64,000 nt of DNA from Myxococcota bacterium (GTDB taxonomy: Bacteria > Myxococcota_A > UBA9160 > JAFDDA01): contig OZ245817.1 of NCBI GenBank assembly GCA_965228475.1, forward strand, positions 448,001-512,000, written 5' to 3'. Shown here piece after piece: positions 1 through 9,350 of this stretch. The notes below the pieces were generated by a model. It was not told where the DNA came from. It did no database searches and saw only the letters and a list, made by a program, of their open reading frames with translations. Each line of letters starts with the position of its first letter. The stretch's first letter is position 1. Made by a program: the position numbers and the translations under genes.

Positions 1-14
1 GGCTGCCCGCGGCT

Positions 15-640
15 CTACCGGGGCGAGTCGCGGCGGGCGGCGAGGATCGCCGAAAGCAGCAGCCAGCCGAGTGCGGGCTCGGGCAGAACGAAGGCGCCAG
101 AAAGACACCTCCTGGTCTCCGCCAGCGTCGTCGAAGGGCGACCGGGGTAATCCAGGATACGCCGTCCAGGCTGTAGCGCCCGACGGCAGTGTCCGCGGCG
201 TGGTCGACCTCGACTTCGAGCCATAGGCCGAGCGCGAGGTCTCGCTCGGCGAGGTCCGTGGAGAAGACCCGTTCCGTCGTCGCGACTGAGCCAGCCTCTG
301 GAACGACCACGACCTCGCCGGGAAGGTTCAGTTCGAGACGAAACGGTCTCAGCGGGTCGGGACGACGGAGCGGAGAGACCGACTGCCTCATCCCCAGGAT
401 GAACGGGAGGTTGTTCCCCAGCCCTGCGACGAACGCTACCCCCGGGTCGATCGAGGGGGGCCGCAGTTGCCACGTCGCAACCGTACTCCCCGCGTCGTCA
501 TCCGGGGCCCGCACGACCAGGACGCCCAACGCCCTTGGATCGTCGAGCACGAGAGCACCGATCGAAGGACCGACGCCGATCGGTAGGATCAACGCGGTCG
601 GCCCGATCTCGCGTTCACCGTCCTCGAAATCGTTGGAGAA
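15..640 (-). pseudogene. Degraded PEP-CTERM-type surface protein gene (frameshifted, no start)
   Basis: One minus frame reads plausible coding sequence (HEFSNDFEDGEREIGP...GRYSLDGVSWITP). The tail VLPEPALGWLLLSAILAARRDSPR* is in a different frame ending at 15. No start or signal peptide seen. Confidence 0.45.
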
Positions 641-663
641 CTCGTGCTGGTATACTGCGTCGC

Positions 664-752
664 ATGGACCTCGTCTCGCTCCCCGATGAAGTGAAGGATC
701 TCGTCCGAGCCCAGCTCGACGCCGGCCACTTCCAGTCCCGGACGGACGTTTA
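664..752 (+). pseudogene. N-terminal fragment of a ParD/CopG-like ribbon-helix-helix antitoxin
   Basis: MDLVSLPDEVKDLVRAQLDAGHFQSRTDVY resembles the RHH antitoxin pattern (SLP..l...v...v.sG.y.s.s.v). TGgTATACT -10 lies 7 nt before the ATG. The frame then runs antisense into the TIR gene end. Confidence 0.5.
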
Positions 753-3425
753 CGGCGAGCCGGTCATCGACGCAGGCTCCACCGCCTCAAACTCGACGCG
801 GGAGAGCACCTCGCGGCGCAGCCGTCCGGCAGCGAGCGCGGCGTCGACCTCGCGGAAGAGCGGCAGATGCGCACCGCGGATCCGCAGGCAGGGCGGCGCG
901 CAGGTGTCGCCGGGCTCGGTGAACCACATGCCGAGGCGGTCCTGGATGGCGCTCGCGTAGTCGTGGTCCGCGAAGTCGGGAGGCGGGCCGGGCAGGGGTC
1001 TCGAGCCGAACGGCAGGCCGAGGCGCGCATCGAGCAGGTGGACTCGGCGCGCGCCGTGGACCGCGACGAGTCCCTGCGACGCCGAGACAGCGAGACCCGC
1101 GGGCACCGACTCGAACAGCCGATCGCGCGGCACTTCCCCGCTCGGCAGGTCCGTCTCCCAGAGCGGATTGCCCGACTCGATCTCGTAGGCCGCGACGCTG
1201 ACCTCGCGGATCTCCTCGCCGTCCTCGCCCGGTGTGTAGAGCACAGCGACGACGGTCGAGTCGTCCACATATCGAACCGTGAGGAAGCGGCGGCTCGCAG
1301 GCGCCGCGATCCTCGCGATCCGCTCGTAGCCCTTCGGCTGCGTTTGCCGTGCGAGGACGACGACGAGCTGGCTCGTGGCGAGCACGACCTTCTCGCCGTG
1401 TCGCGTGATGTCGCCGCCCACGATGAACTGGTCGGGCAGACCGTAGAGCGTCGCCTCTACGAGCTCGGTCGCGTCGCCGTCCGTGACGTAGAGCTCGACG
1501 CCCTCTCGTAGCGACCCCCCGTTGAGGATCAGGATTGCATCACCCGCGGCGGAGGGGAGCGGCAGGCTCCGGTTGCCGAAGAAGATCTCGTTGGTCTGCG
1601 CGGTGAAGTACGCGCATCGGATCGGAGACGAGGCGCCCGCGACGCAGGCGAACTCACTGCGGCCCGCGTTCCCCATGCTCTCGAGACTGTGGATCAGGCG
1701 GGTTCCGTCTCTTCGGACGAACGGCGCCTCCACGCTGAGCCAGCCGAGCTCCCTCGATTCGAGCAGGTCCAGATCGGGCGTGATCAACGCGGGCTCGTCC
1801 TGCTCGCCGCCGTCGGCCATCCCTCGACGCCAGAGCATCCACTCGAGTGCCCGCGCCAGGAAGCCCGCGTCGTCGCGCGCCAGCTCGTCGGGATCCATCG
1901 CTCCGAACAGACGCACGCCGAGTGGATCCGGCGTCGCTTCGTCGAAGCGGCGGGCAGCCGGCGGGGCCGCGGCCCGAGCCGGGAAGCCGAGCTCCCGAAC
2001 CGTCTCCGTGATCGAGCGAGGAACCAGGCGCGACGCGGCGGGCCACTCGATGCGCCACTCGTCGATGAAGTAGCCGTACAGCGACCAGTCGTCCTCGACG
2101 GACTCCCGGAGAGCCCCGAGGCCGACCGTCTCGTCCGCCCCGAGAGCCGCAGCCCCCTCCGACGTCAGGGGAACACTCCCGACGACCTCGTACGTGGAGC
2201 CGCCCGTCGGTCCCCCGTGCATCCCGACGAGAAGTGCGACGTCGCCATCCGCTGACGCGTAGAGGAACGGCTCCACGTTCACACTCGTATCGCTTCGATG
2301 GATGCGCCGATCGCCTTCCCAGACCGACAGCGTGCCGTCGCCCGAGATCAACAGGACGGAGCGGCCTTGGCCCGTCACCGCTTTGTGGACCGCAGCCCAC
2401 GGCTCAAGTCGCTGGATGCCGTCGCCGCGGCGCCGGAACGTCTCTCCGCGCCACACGAACGGCTCACCGTCTTGCATCGAGGCGAGGACGGAAGAGAGGG
2501 GCTGGAGGACGTCGCTTACCGCGACGGCACGGCGTGCATGGAGCCCGACGTCGAGCCAGCCTTCCGTCGCGCCAGCTCGCGCGCCCTGCTCCGCTGCGAG
2601 GTCCCACGCCGCGAGCATGCTCCGCGTGGCGGCGGGCGCGTCGCCCGCACGGTCCTGCGCGGCGGCCTGGGTGGCGGTGGCCGTGATCGTGCGCAGCGCG
2701 AGTTCGTCGGCCCGGTCCTGCGCCTCGCTGCGCTGGATGAGGAACAGGATGGCGAGCGCTCCGGTCACCAGCGCGATGCCGATCGCCGCGGTCGCGGTGC
2801 CTCGCTGGCGGCGGGTGTGGCGTGCCCGGCTCTCGGCGATGTACACGAGCTGGAGCTCGGTCGGGGGCGGGGCCGTCTCGGGGTGCGCGTCGCGCCAGCT
2901 CTCCGCTGCCCGGATCGCGTCTTGCGACGTGAGAAGCCGGCGCGGCGGCCGGCCCTCCGTTTCCCAGATGCTCGCCAGCTCCTGGATCCGCGTCTTCTCG
3001 CGCTCCCAGGCCAGGTCGGTCGAGAGCGCCTGGGTGAGCGCGGCGAGCCCGGACAACCACTCCGACTCGCCGCGCAGGTACAGGAAGTTCAGCCTCCGCA
3101 GCCGACCGGGTATGCGATTCAGCTCCGTGTCGCGGATCACCACGGGCAGCACGCTCTTGCCCTGCCCCTCGGCGGTGTCGACCTCCCAGCCGCAGATCTC
3201 CGATGCGACCGAGGTCGGGCTGATCAGAAAGACGATCTTCTCGGCCGTCGCGATCAGGGCGCCGAGTCGGTCCTGCCAGGGCTCACCCGGCTGGATGTCG
3301 TGGACGTCGAGGAAGGCGTCGAAGCCAGCGGCGGTCAGCTCTTCCCGCAGCCGCTCTGCAATCGGGAGGTCGCGGCGCGCATACGAGATGAAGACCCGGG
3401 CCCCGTTCGACTCGCCGCGCGCCAT
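750..3425 (-). CDS. TIR-domain protein with TM helix and C-terminal extracytoplasmic beta-propeller-like region
   Basis: N-terminal VFISYARRD...DIQPGEPW...SPTSVASEICGWEV (TIR_2-like). TM IGIALVTGALAILFLI. C-terminal PQQ/WD-like motifs (YEIESGNPLWET). Start set at ATG 3425, which has a GGGAG RBS. Confidence 0.85.
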   Translation of the reverse strand: MARGESNGARVFISYARRDLPIAERLREELTAAGFDAFLDVHDIQPGEPWQDRLGALIATAEKIVFLISPTSVASEICGWEVDTAEGQGKSVLPVVIRDTELNRIPGRLRRLNFLYLRGESEWLSGLAALTQALSTDLAWEREKTRIQELASIWETEGRPPRRLLTSQDAIRAAESWRDAHPETAPPPTELQLVYIAESRARHTRRQRGTATAAIGIALVTGALAILFLIQRSEAQDRADELALRTITATATQAAAQDRAGDAPAATRSMLAAWDLAAEQGARAGATEGWLDVGLHARRAVAVSDVLQPLSSVLASMQDGEPFVWRGETFRRRGDGIQRLEPWAAVHKAVTGQGRSVLLISGDGTLSVWEGDRRIHRSDTSVNVEPFLYASADGDVALLVGMHGGPTGGSTYEVVGSVPLTSEGAAALGADETVGLGALRESVEDDWSLYGYFIDEWRIEWPAASRLVPRSITETVRELGFPARAAAPPAARRFDEATPDPLGVRLFGAMDPDELARDDAGFLARALEWMLWRRGMADGGEQDEPALITPDLDLLESRELGWLSVEAPFVRRDGTRLIHSLESMGNAGRSEFACVAGASSPIRCAYFTAQTNEIFFGNRSLPLPSAAGDAILILNGGSLREGVELYVTDGDATELVEATLYGLPDQFIVGGDITRHGEKVVLATSQLVVVLARQTQPKGYERIARIAAPASRRFLTVRYVDDSTVVAVLYTPGEDGEEIREVSVAAYEIESGNPLWETDLPSGEVPRDRLFESVPAGLAVSASQGLVAVHGARRVHLLDARLGLPFGSRPLPGPPPDFADHDYASAIQDRLGMWFTEPGDTCAPPCLRIRGAHLPLFREVDAALAAGRLRREVLSRVEFEAVEPASMTGSP

Positions 3426-3542
3426 GATCGGCTCCCTTCGCCGCACCCGGCCGGGCCACAGCCGGCTCGACCGTGGCTCATTCTGCACTCGCCGCGACAA
3501 AGCCCGCAACCGCCGGCCGCCCGGGCGCTACTTCCCGGGGAG

Positions 3543-3660
3543 ATGCGCTGGTTCCCCCTGCTGCTGGCTGCATGGCTTGCCGCCGCCCCCGCCGCGGCCT
3601 CGACCATCGTTCCGCTGGCCTTCACGCGGACGCTCCAGGCCGGCTACGACGGCGATCGAG
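3543..3660 (+). pseudogene. Orphan signal-peptide fragment of a secreted protein
   Basis: MRWFPLLLAAWLAAAPAAASTIVPLAFT is a clean Sec signal, then the frame loses coding character. Confidence 0.35.
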
Positions 3661-3880
3661 CGCGTTCATCGGCTCGGATCGAAGCAAGATCGCGCCCGCG
3701 AGTTCACTCCCAGTCAGCGATGGGGGTTCACGCGGGCAGCCAGCAGGCACGCCCAGCGCCGAATGGAAACCGTGGAAGGCAAGGACAAAGAGACCGGAGG
3801 TCGCGCGGGCTTCGCTCGCCGCGCCGCGCACTTGGTGGGTGATGGCGCGCTCCAAGGTGAGCCCTCGCGACGGCGATGCC

Positions 3881-4070
3881 CAGAGGGCGCTGCGCCGCAG
3901 CTACATCACGGGAGCGCTCGCCCGCGGCCGCAACCCGAAGCTCGCCGCGGCCGAGCTCGGCCACGCCACGAGCCACATGGTGGTCAGCAACTACGACTCG
4001 CTCCTCGACCCGAGGACCTGGCCGGAGGCCGAGGAGATCGAGAAGCTGCGCGCGATCTCCGGCCGGAAGG
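3881..4070 (+). mobile_element. Tyrosine recombinase/integrase C-terminal remnant
   Basis: RALRRSYIT...AELGHATSHMVVSNY matches box II (HxLRH..LGH...Y). It lies next to the tRNA 3' end, has no N-terminal domains, and the frame has no stop before the tRNA. Confidence 0.7.
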
Positions 4071-4176
4071 CCGTCGAAGACCGCTCCACCGTGGCACCCC
4101 ATGGGCACCCGTCGGGTGTTAGTGACGATGTGTCCGCGGACGATCGTCCGGAGGTGAGCCGAACAATGAAGGATTC

Positions 4177-4253
4177 TGGCACGCCGGGAGGGATTCGAAC
4201 CCCCGACCCCCAGGTTCGAAGCCTGGTGCTCTATCCAGCTGAGCTACCGGCGC
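4177..4253 (-). tRNA. tRNA-Arg (anticodon TCG)
   Basis: GCGCCGGTAGCTCAGCTGGATAGAGC...CCAGG-CT-TCG-AA-CCTGG...GGTTCGAATCC...CCA. Cloverleaf with encoded CCA. Confidence 0.97.
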
Positions 4254-4389
4254 GTGCCGTGGAGAGGGATACCCCGAGACCTGGCCCGGCGCCACAGCAA
4301 GATGCGTCAGGTCAGGTCGGGATCCATGGGGGGTGCCGCGTGCAGGGCAGGCCTTCTGCCAGTAGGCCCCATGATAGGATGCCGGTGTT

Positions 4390-5364
4390 TTGGCCGAGTT
4401 CCTGCGCGTCTACCTCCTCTGCCTGGCGACCTTCGGTTTGTATGGGCTCTATTGGGTCTACCGCAACGCTCGAGACGTTGCGCGGCGAGACCCTTCCGAT
4501 GCGCTCGCGTGGGCGCTGGGCTTTCTCGCGGCGCCGATCGCATGCGCCATCCTCTTCGAGCTGCCCCGTGCCTCCCAGCGTCTAGAGAATCCGCGAGCGC
4601 GAGCCGGCTGGGCTTCCTGGGTGAGCGCCGGGCTCTACGGCGTGCTCTCGTCGCTCCTCCTCATCGGTCCTCTCTCGATGTTCTGGTCTCCGATCTGGCT
4701 GGTCCTGCCGATCCCTCTCGCGATCGTGGCGTGGCAGGTCGCGCGGAGTCCGCGGGTGGACCCAGGGCCGATGGACCGCTCCCGGCGCGGCGCCCGCATC
4801 GCCCAGGCCGCAGCCGTTCTGGTCGGCGTACCGATCGTCGCATGGGCTTCCTTCGAGATCGATGGCCCGAGCCTTCGCTACCTCCTGGCGTCCCAGCGCG
4901 TCGACGTGGTGGCTGGCTCCCATCTCCCGTACGAGTTCGAGGTCACCGACCGTTCGTGGCGGCGTGTCCCGCCCGGGACGATTGGCGACGAGACCGCCGA
5001 CCTGGAACTCATCACGAGCGATCGGCAAAGCTGGTTCGTGGTCTACACCCACGGGCCAAAGGCCGACATCGATTCAGTCGTGGACGTGCGGCGCTCGATG
5101 ATCGAAGCCGAGGGGCTCGAGTCGTTCGTGGAGCGCCGCTACATGGCTTCGGATGAAAGCCTGGTTCCCGTTTCCCTGGCGCAGTATCGGCTCGGAGCGA
5201 CCCAGCTCGTCGAGACCGAGTTTCTGGTCCTGACTGCGAAACTGGAGGGCGGGATCGTCGAGGCCGTGGGCTTCACGGCGGCTCCGTCGGTTCACTCCGG
5301 CGCACTCCAGAACGTGGCCGAGGGGTTCCGGATCCGCCCCGACGTCAACTGGGACGCGCCGTGA
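4390..5364 (+). CDS. Membrane protein, DUF4234-like N-terminus plus soluble C-terminal domain
   Basis: LLCLATFGLYGLYWVYRN motif, several TM helices, GTGA overlap with next gene. TTG start uncertain. Confidence 0.65.
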   Translation: MAEFLRVYLLCLATFGLYGLYWVYRNARDVARRDPSDALAWALGFLAAPIACAILFELPRASQRLENPRARAGWASWVSAGLYGVLSSLLLIGPLSMFWSPIWLVLPIPLAIVAWQVARSPRVDPGPMDRSRRGARIAQAAAVLVGVPIVAWASFEIDGPSLRYLLASQRVDVVAGSHLPYEFEVTDRSWRRVPPGTIGDETADLELITSDRQSWFVVYTHGPKADIDSVVDVRRSMIEAEGLESFVERRYMASDESLVPVSLAQYRLGATQLVETEFLVLTAKLEGGIVEAVGFTAAPSVHSGALQNVAEGFRIRPDVNWDAP

Positions 5365-7310
5365 GGCGGCTTTCCCCGTACCTGCTGGTCGCGGTCCTCG
5401 CTGCAGCCTCGCCGGGGGTTTCGGCACAGCCCGAGTGGTTGGCGATCGAGCAACGTCCGGGAGCGGAGAGCGCGCTGCTCGACCGGGGCCGTTCGCTATC
5501 GAGCGAGAGACGCGACCACCTCCAGGCCGAGGAGTACCCCTCGGTCGAACTGCTCCGTCGCACCGAAGTCGAGCTCCGTTCGGATGGGACGATCGTCGAT
5601 CGGGAGGTCCTGGTCCGACACCTCTTGAACGATGCGGGCGTTCGGGAGCACGGCAATCTCGTCCGATACGTCCGCTCCGAGGTCGAACGGATCATCGTCG
5701 AGGAAGCCTGGGTCCTGCTGGCCAGGGGGGATGTCATCGATCTCGACCCCGCCTCCATCCAGGTCCTGAGCGACGACGTCGAGGATCTCTTCAGCGATGT
5801 CCAGAAACTGGTCTTCGCGTTCGGGAACCTGGAACCGGGGGCCACGATCGTTCTCGTGACCCGGACGGAGGCGCGGCTGCAGGACTGGCCGCTGTCCTGG
5901 ACGCGGATCTACTACCCCCAGCTGCTCGTTCCCACGGAACGCTTCGAAGTCGAAGTGAGCTGGCAGCCCGGGCAACGGGCGCCACGCTGGACGACCGACG
6001 ACCCACGGCTCGCCTGCAGCGAACTCGGGGGCAAGTTGAAGTGCTCGCGCGACCTGGTGGCTCCGGCGCCGTTCGATCAGCACGTCGCTTGGGGCGATCG
6101 CCTGCCGCACCTCGTGGTCGGCGAAGCGCACGAGTGGAAGGACCTGGTGGATCGCGAACGCGAGCTGGTGATGGAGTCCGCTCGTCCGAACGAGGAGATC
6201 GAATCCTTGGCCGCCTCGCTGGGGCTCCAGGACGGCTCGAAGCGAGAGCGCATGGAGAAGGCGCACCGTTTCGTGGCAGACCGGATTCGCTACGTCGGGT
6301 TCGAGCACGGTCAGCGGGCCGTGGTCCCCAGGGCAGCCTCCGAAACGCTCCGTCTGCGGTACGGGGACTGCAAGGACAAGGTGGCCCTGTTCATCGCGCT
6401 CGCGCGCAGTGCGGGGCTCGACGCCTATCCGGCCCTGGTCGGAACGGGGCGGTACGACCGCGACAAGCTCCTGCAGCCGAGTTGGCGCTACTTCGACCAC
6501 ATGATCGCATGCATCGGGAAAGGGAAGCCCGTGTGCGTGGACCTCACGGACCCCTATTCGCGAACCGGGCGCCTTCCGCTGGGCGTGGACGGCACGGTCG
6601 CGCTCAGCCTGCGCGAAGGCGTCGATGGGCCCCAGGTGCTGCCGGAGCGAGCCTTCGGATGGGACATTCGGATCGAAGGCCTCCATGAGATGGACTGCGA
6701 GGGGAAGCTCGAGGAGGAGGTGGTCCGTCGCTTTCGAGGGCTGGGTGCGGCGAGGCTCCGCGGCCATCTGCACGGGAAGAGTGCGGCAGACCGCAAGCGC
6801 TGGATCCTGGACGACTTCCGCGAGGTCACTGGAGCCGAGGCCGAGGCCGACGTCGGATTCTTCGGCCTCTCCGTCGACGAGGATGCGCTGGGCCTGTCGA
6901 CCAAGGTGACCCATCCCGCATCGGCTCCAGTGGACAGCTACTCCTCCTGGTACCAGGCGTCCCATTGGCTGAACCACTACGGTGGAAGCTTCCGGACCGA
7001 GAACGCACATCATCCCTATCGCTCGAACGGTCTACGCGTTCTCGTTCGCAGTACCTTTCGGGTCTGCAGCCGGATGAGGACCCGATTCATGGGAGCCGAG
7101 CTCGACTTCCGTTCCCGGTTCGGCACGCTCCGTCGCAAGTACGACAGGAACGGCGAACAGGAGGTCGTCGTCCGGACGGAACTCGACCTGCCTGCACGGG
7201 AGATCCCCGTCGCGGAGATCGACGACTTCAACGGCTTCCTCGAAGCGTCTCTCGGCGAAACGAACGTCTGGTTCAGCATCGAGCCTGCCTCGGGGAGCCA
7301 GTCGCCATGA
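5361..7310 (+). CDS. DUF3857 + transglutaminase-like domain protein
   Basis: Signal peptide; IRYVG, RYGDCKDK (catalytic Cys), FDHMI and DLT triad motifs. Confidence 0.88.
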   Translation: MRRLSPYLLVAVLAAASPGVSAQPEWLAIEQRPGAESALLDRGRSLSSERRDHLQAEEYPSVELLRRTEVELRSDGTIVDREVLVRHLLNDAGVREHGNLVRYVRSEVERIIVEEAWVLLARGDVIDLDPASIQVLSDDVEDLFSDVQKLVFAFGNLEPGATIVLVTRTEARLQDWPLSWTRIYYPQLLVPTERFEVEVSWQPGQRAPRWTTDDPRLACSELGGKLKCSRDLVAPAPFDQHVAWGDRLPHLVVGEAHEWKDLVDRERELVMESARPNEEIESLAASLGLQDGSKRERMEKAHRFVADRIRYVGFEHGQRAVVPRAASETLRLRYGDCKDKVALFIALARSAGLDAYPALVGTGRYDRDKLLQPSWRYFDHMIACIGKGKPVCVDLTDPYSRTGRLPLGVDGTVALSLREGVDGPQVLPERAFGWDIRIEGLHEMDCEGKLEEEVVRRFRGLGAARLRGHLHGKSAADRKRWILDDFREVTGAEAEADVGFFGLSVDEDALGLSTKVTHPASAPVDSYSSWYQASHWLNHYGGSFRTENAHHPYRSNGLRVLVRSTFRVCSRMRTRFMGAELDFRSRFGTLRRKYDRNGEQEVVVRTELDLPAREIPVAEIDDFNGFLEASLGETNVWFSIEPASGSQSP

Positions 7311-7924
7311 GCGTTGCACGCGAACCGGTCGATTGGCTGCTCCGCCCCGAGAGGTTCTTCCCGGAGGGTGCGCTCAGGGTTGCGACACCCGTCATCGTCG
7401 CTCTCGTCCTGCTCGTCGGAGCGGCGAGCGTGATCGATCGTATGGATTCGGCATCGCTGCGGAACCTCATCCAGCCTGACCGATTCAACCCTGTGGAGGA
7501 TTGGCAGACGTATTGGCTCGCCGTCGTCGGGGGGGCAATCCTCGCAGGGCCGCTGCTCTATTACGTCGGTGGCGCTTGGTATTGGCTTCGCCTCCGATGG
7601 TCTGGGGCCAAGGCTCCGGACATGCTCCTTTCTCGTCGTATCAATCTCCTCACGAGTGCGATTCCCGCGGTGGCGATCCTGGTCGATTCGCTCCACCTGT
7701 TGGCAAGGTTCGACGATCCGTCGAGTGCATCGGTGAGTGGAGGCACGGCGGCCTCCGTCTTCATCGCGCCGTTCTACTCGGTCTTCGTGAGCTACCGGGC
7801 AGCGCGCTCGAGTTTCGACGTTCGCCGGGGGAGGGCGCTGTTCTGGTTCGCCATCCTGCCCACGACGCTGTTCGCCACGGTGATCGTGGTGGGATTCCTG
7901 CTGGCTTTCGGTTCACTCCCCTGA
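7307..7924 (+). CDS. Yip1-like multi-pass membrane protein
   Basis: MSVAREPVDWLLRPERFF start (L.P..FF motif), about 5 TM helices, ATGA overlap with upstream stop. Confidence 0.65.
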   Translation: MSVAREPVDWLLRPERFFPEGALRVATPVIVALVLLVGAASVIDRMDSASLRNLIQPDRFNPVEDWQTYWLAVVGGAILAGPLLYYVGGAWYWLRLRWSGAKAPDMLLSRRINLLTSAIPAVAILVDSLHLLARFDDPSSASVSGGTAASVFIAPFYSVFVSYRAARSSFDVRRGRALFWFAILPTTLFATVIVVGFLLAFGSLP

Positions 7925-8613
7925 GGATCGCAGGCCGCCCCGGGGTCGGCGCATTCTGTGCGCTGCTGCTGTCGGTCGTGGGGTCGACTCCGGCGGAGGG
8001 CGCCGGCTACCTCCGGCCAAACGTGCGGGATGCGGATGGCACGCCCGGCTTCGTGCACGTCGAGCGGGCGCAGATGCCGCTGCGGGTCGCCATCCGGCGG
8101 CCGACGGTCTCCGCACGGGACGGGGGCACGCGAGACACCCGGGATGCAGCGATCGCCGGCATGCGCCGATGGGAGGAGGCGCTGAAGCCACACCTGCCCT
8201 GGTTTGCCCTCGAGTTCGTCGAGAAGGACCCCGACCCGGACGTGAAGGTCGTCTGGCGGGAGCTCAAGAGCGCGGGTGGGCATGCGGCCGGTCGCGGTGG
8301 GTTCGATTGGTTCAAGACGGCCGACGGCGTGCGCGTGCGAGGTTCCATGCGCCTGGCCGTGCAGCCCCACTACCCGGCGAGCGTGACCGCTCTCCGGCTC
8401 GATGAAGTCGAGCGGCTCGCGGCGCACGAGTTCGGCCACGTGCTGGGCCTCGGGCACTGCCTCGATTGCGACTCCATCATGAACTACTCGTGGAACACGC
8501 TCGAACGGCTGCTTGTGACGAAGCTCGACGTGCTCACGTTCATCCAGCTCTACGGCAAGCCGAACGGCACCCGCGTGGACGGCACGCCGTTGCGGGCCTC
8601 CGGGTCGCGCTGA
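7921..8613 (+). CDS. Matrixin (M10)-family zinc metalloprotease
   Basis: HEFGHVLGLGH zinc motif and SIMN Met-turn. Start uncertain (CTG 7921 or GTG 7978). Confidence 0.85.
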   Translation: MRIAGRPGVGAFCALLLSVVGSTPAEGAGYLRPNVRDADGTPGFVHVERAQMPLRVAIRRPTVSARDGGTRDTRDAAIAGMRRWEEALKPHLPWFALEFVEKDPDPDVKVVWRELKSAGGHAAGRGGFDWFKTADGVRVRGSMRLAVQPHYPASVTALRLDEVERLAAHEFGHVLGLGHCLDCDSIMNYSWNTLERLLVTKLDVLTFIQLYGKPNGTRVDGTPLRASGSR

Positions 8614-8622
8614 GCCAGCGAC

Positions 8623-9180
8623 CTATCGGCGACGAGACGGCCGTCGCAGCCGCGTCGCTCCCGCTGCCGCCAACAACAGCAGGTGCGTCGGGGCTTCTGG
8701 GACCGACAGAGGGACGCCATCGAGTACCAGTTCGGTCGTGCCGAGCGATTCTCCGACGGCATTCGCGAAGGAGATCGTGGACGTTCCGTCGAGATCGAGG
8801 GGCGGGTGTCCGAAGATCGGCCCAGGGCCCATCGAGCGGATCTCGATGGCCATGGTGCCTCCGGGCGAAGTGCAGATCCGACAGGCGACCTCGTGGGTCA
8901 GCTGCCAGGAGCCCGGGGTTGAAAGAATCTGGGCGCCGGCCAACTCGACGGCGATGAATCCGGCGATGCCGATATCGCCAAAGTCGACGACGAAACCCGT
9001 GGCCGAGGGGGTCGCGTCGTTCACGTTGATGACGGCCGTTCCGGTTCCACCCTCGAGAAACAGCGGGAAGCTGGATTCGACGATCTCGAAATCGATGAGG
9101 CGGTGGAATCGAAGCGCCTCCGCGGGGCGGGCGAGCCCGAGCGCCGCGAGAACCAGGCCGGCCGTCAGTGCGATCCTCAT
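8623..9180 (-). CDS. Secreted protein with PEP-CTERM-like tail
   Basis: Signal peptide MRIALTAGLVLAALGLARPAEA. C-terminus VPEAPTHLLLLAAAGATRLRRPSRRR. Confidence 0.75.
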   Translation of the reverse strand: MRIALTAGLVLAALGLARPAEALRFHRLIDFEIVESSFPLFLEGGTGTAVINVNDATPSATGFVVDFGDIGIAGFIAVELAGAQILSTPGSWQLTHEVACRICTSPGGTMAIEIRSMGPGPIFGHPPLDLDGTSTISFANAVGESLGTTELVLDGVPLSVPEAPTHLLLLAAAGATRLRRPSRRR

Positions 9181-9350
9181 GAAGTGCCTGTGGCGATCCG
9201 GGCCCCCTAGGTGTCAGGGCGATCTGATTCTTCTGGGCACGAGCCCGGAGCGCGGAAGCGCGCCTCTCTGCGCCGTCCGGGTGGTACGCGGTACGCTTGG
9301 GTTCCGCACCGGGGAGGGCCTGAGGCGGGGTCTCGGGAAGCGGGGAGTTC

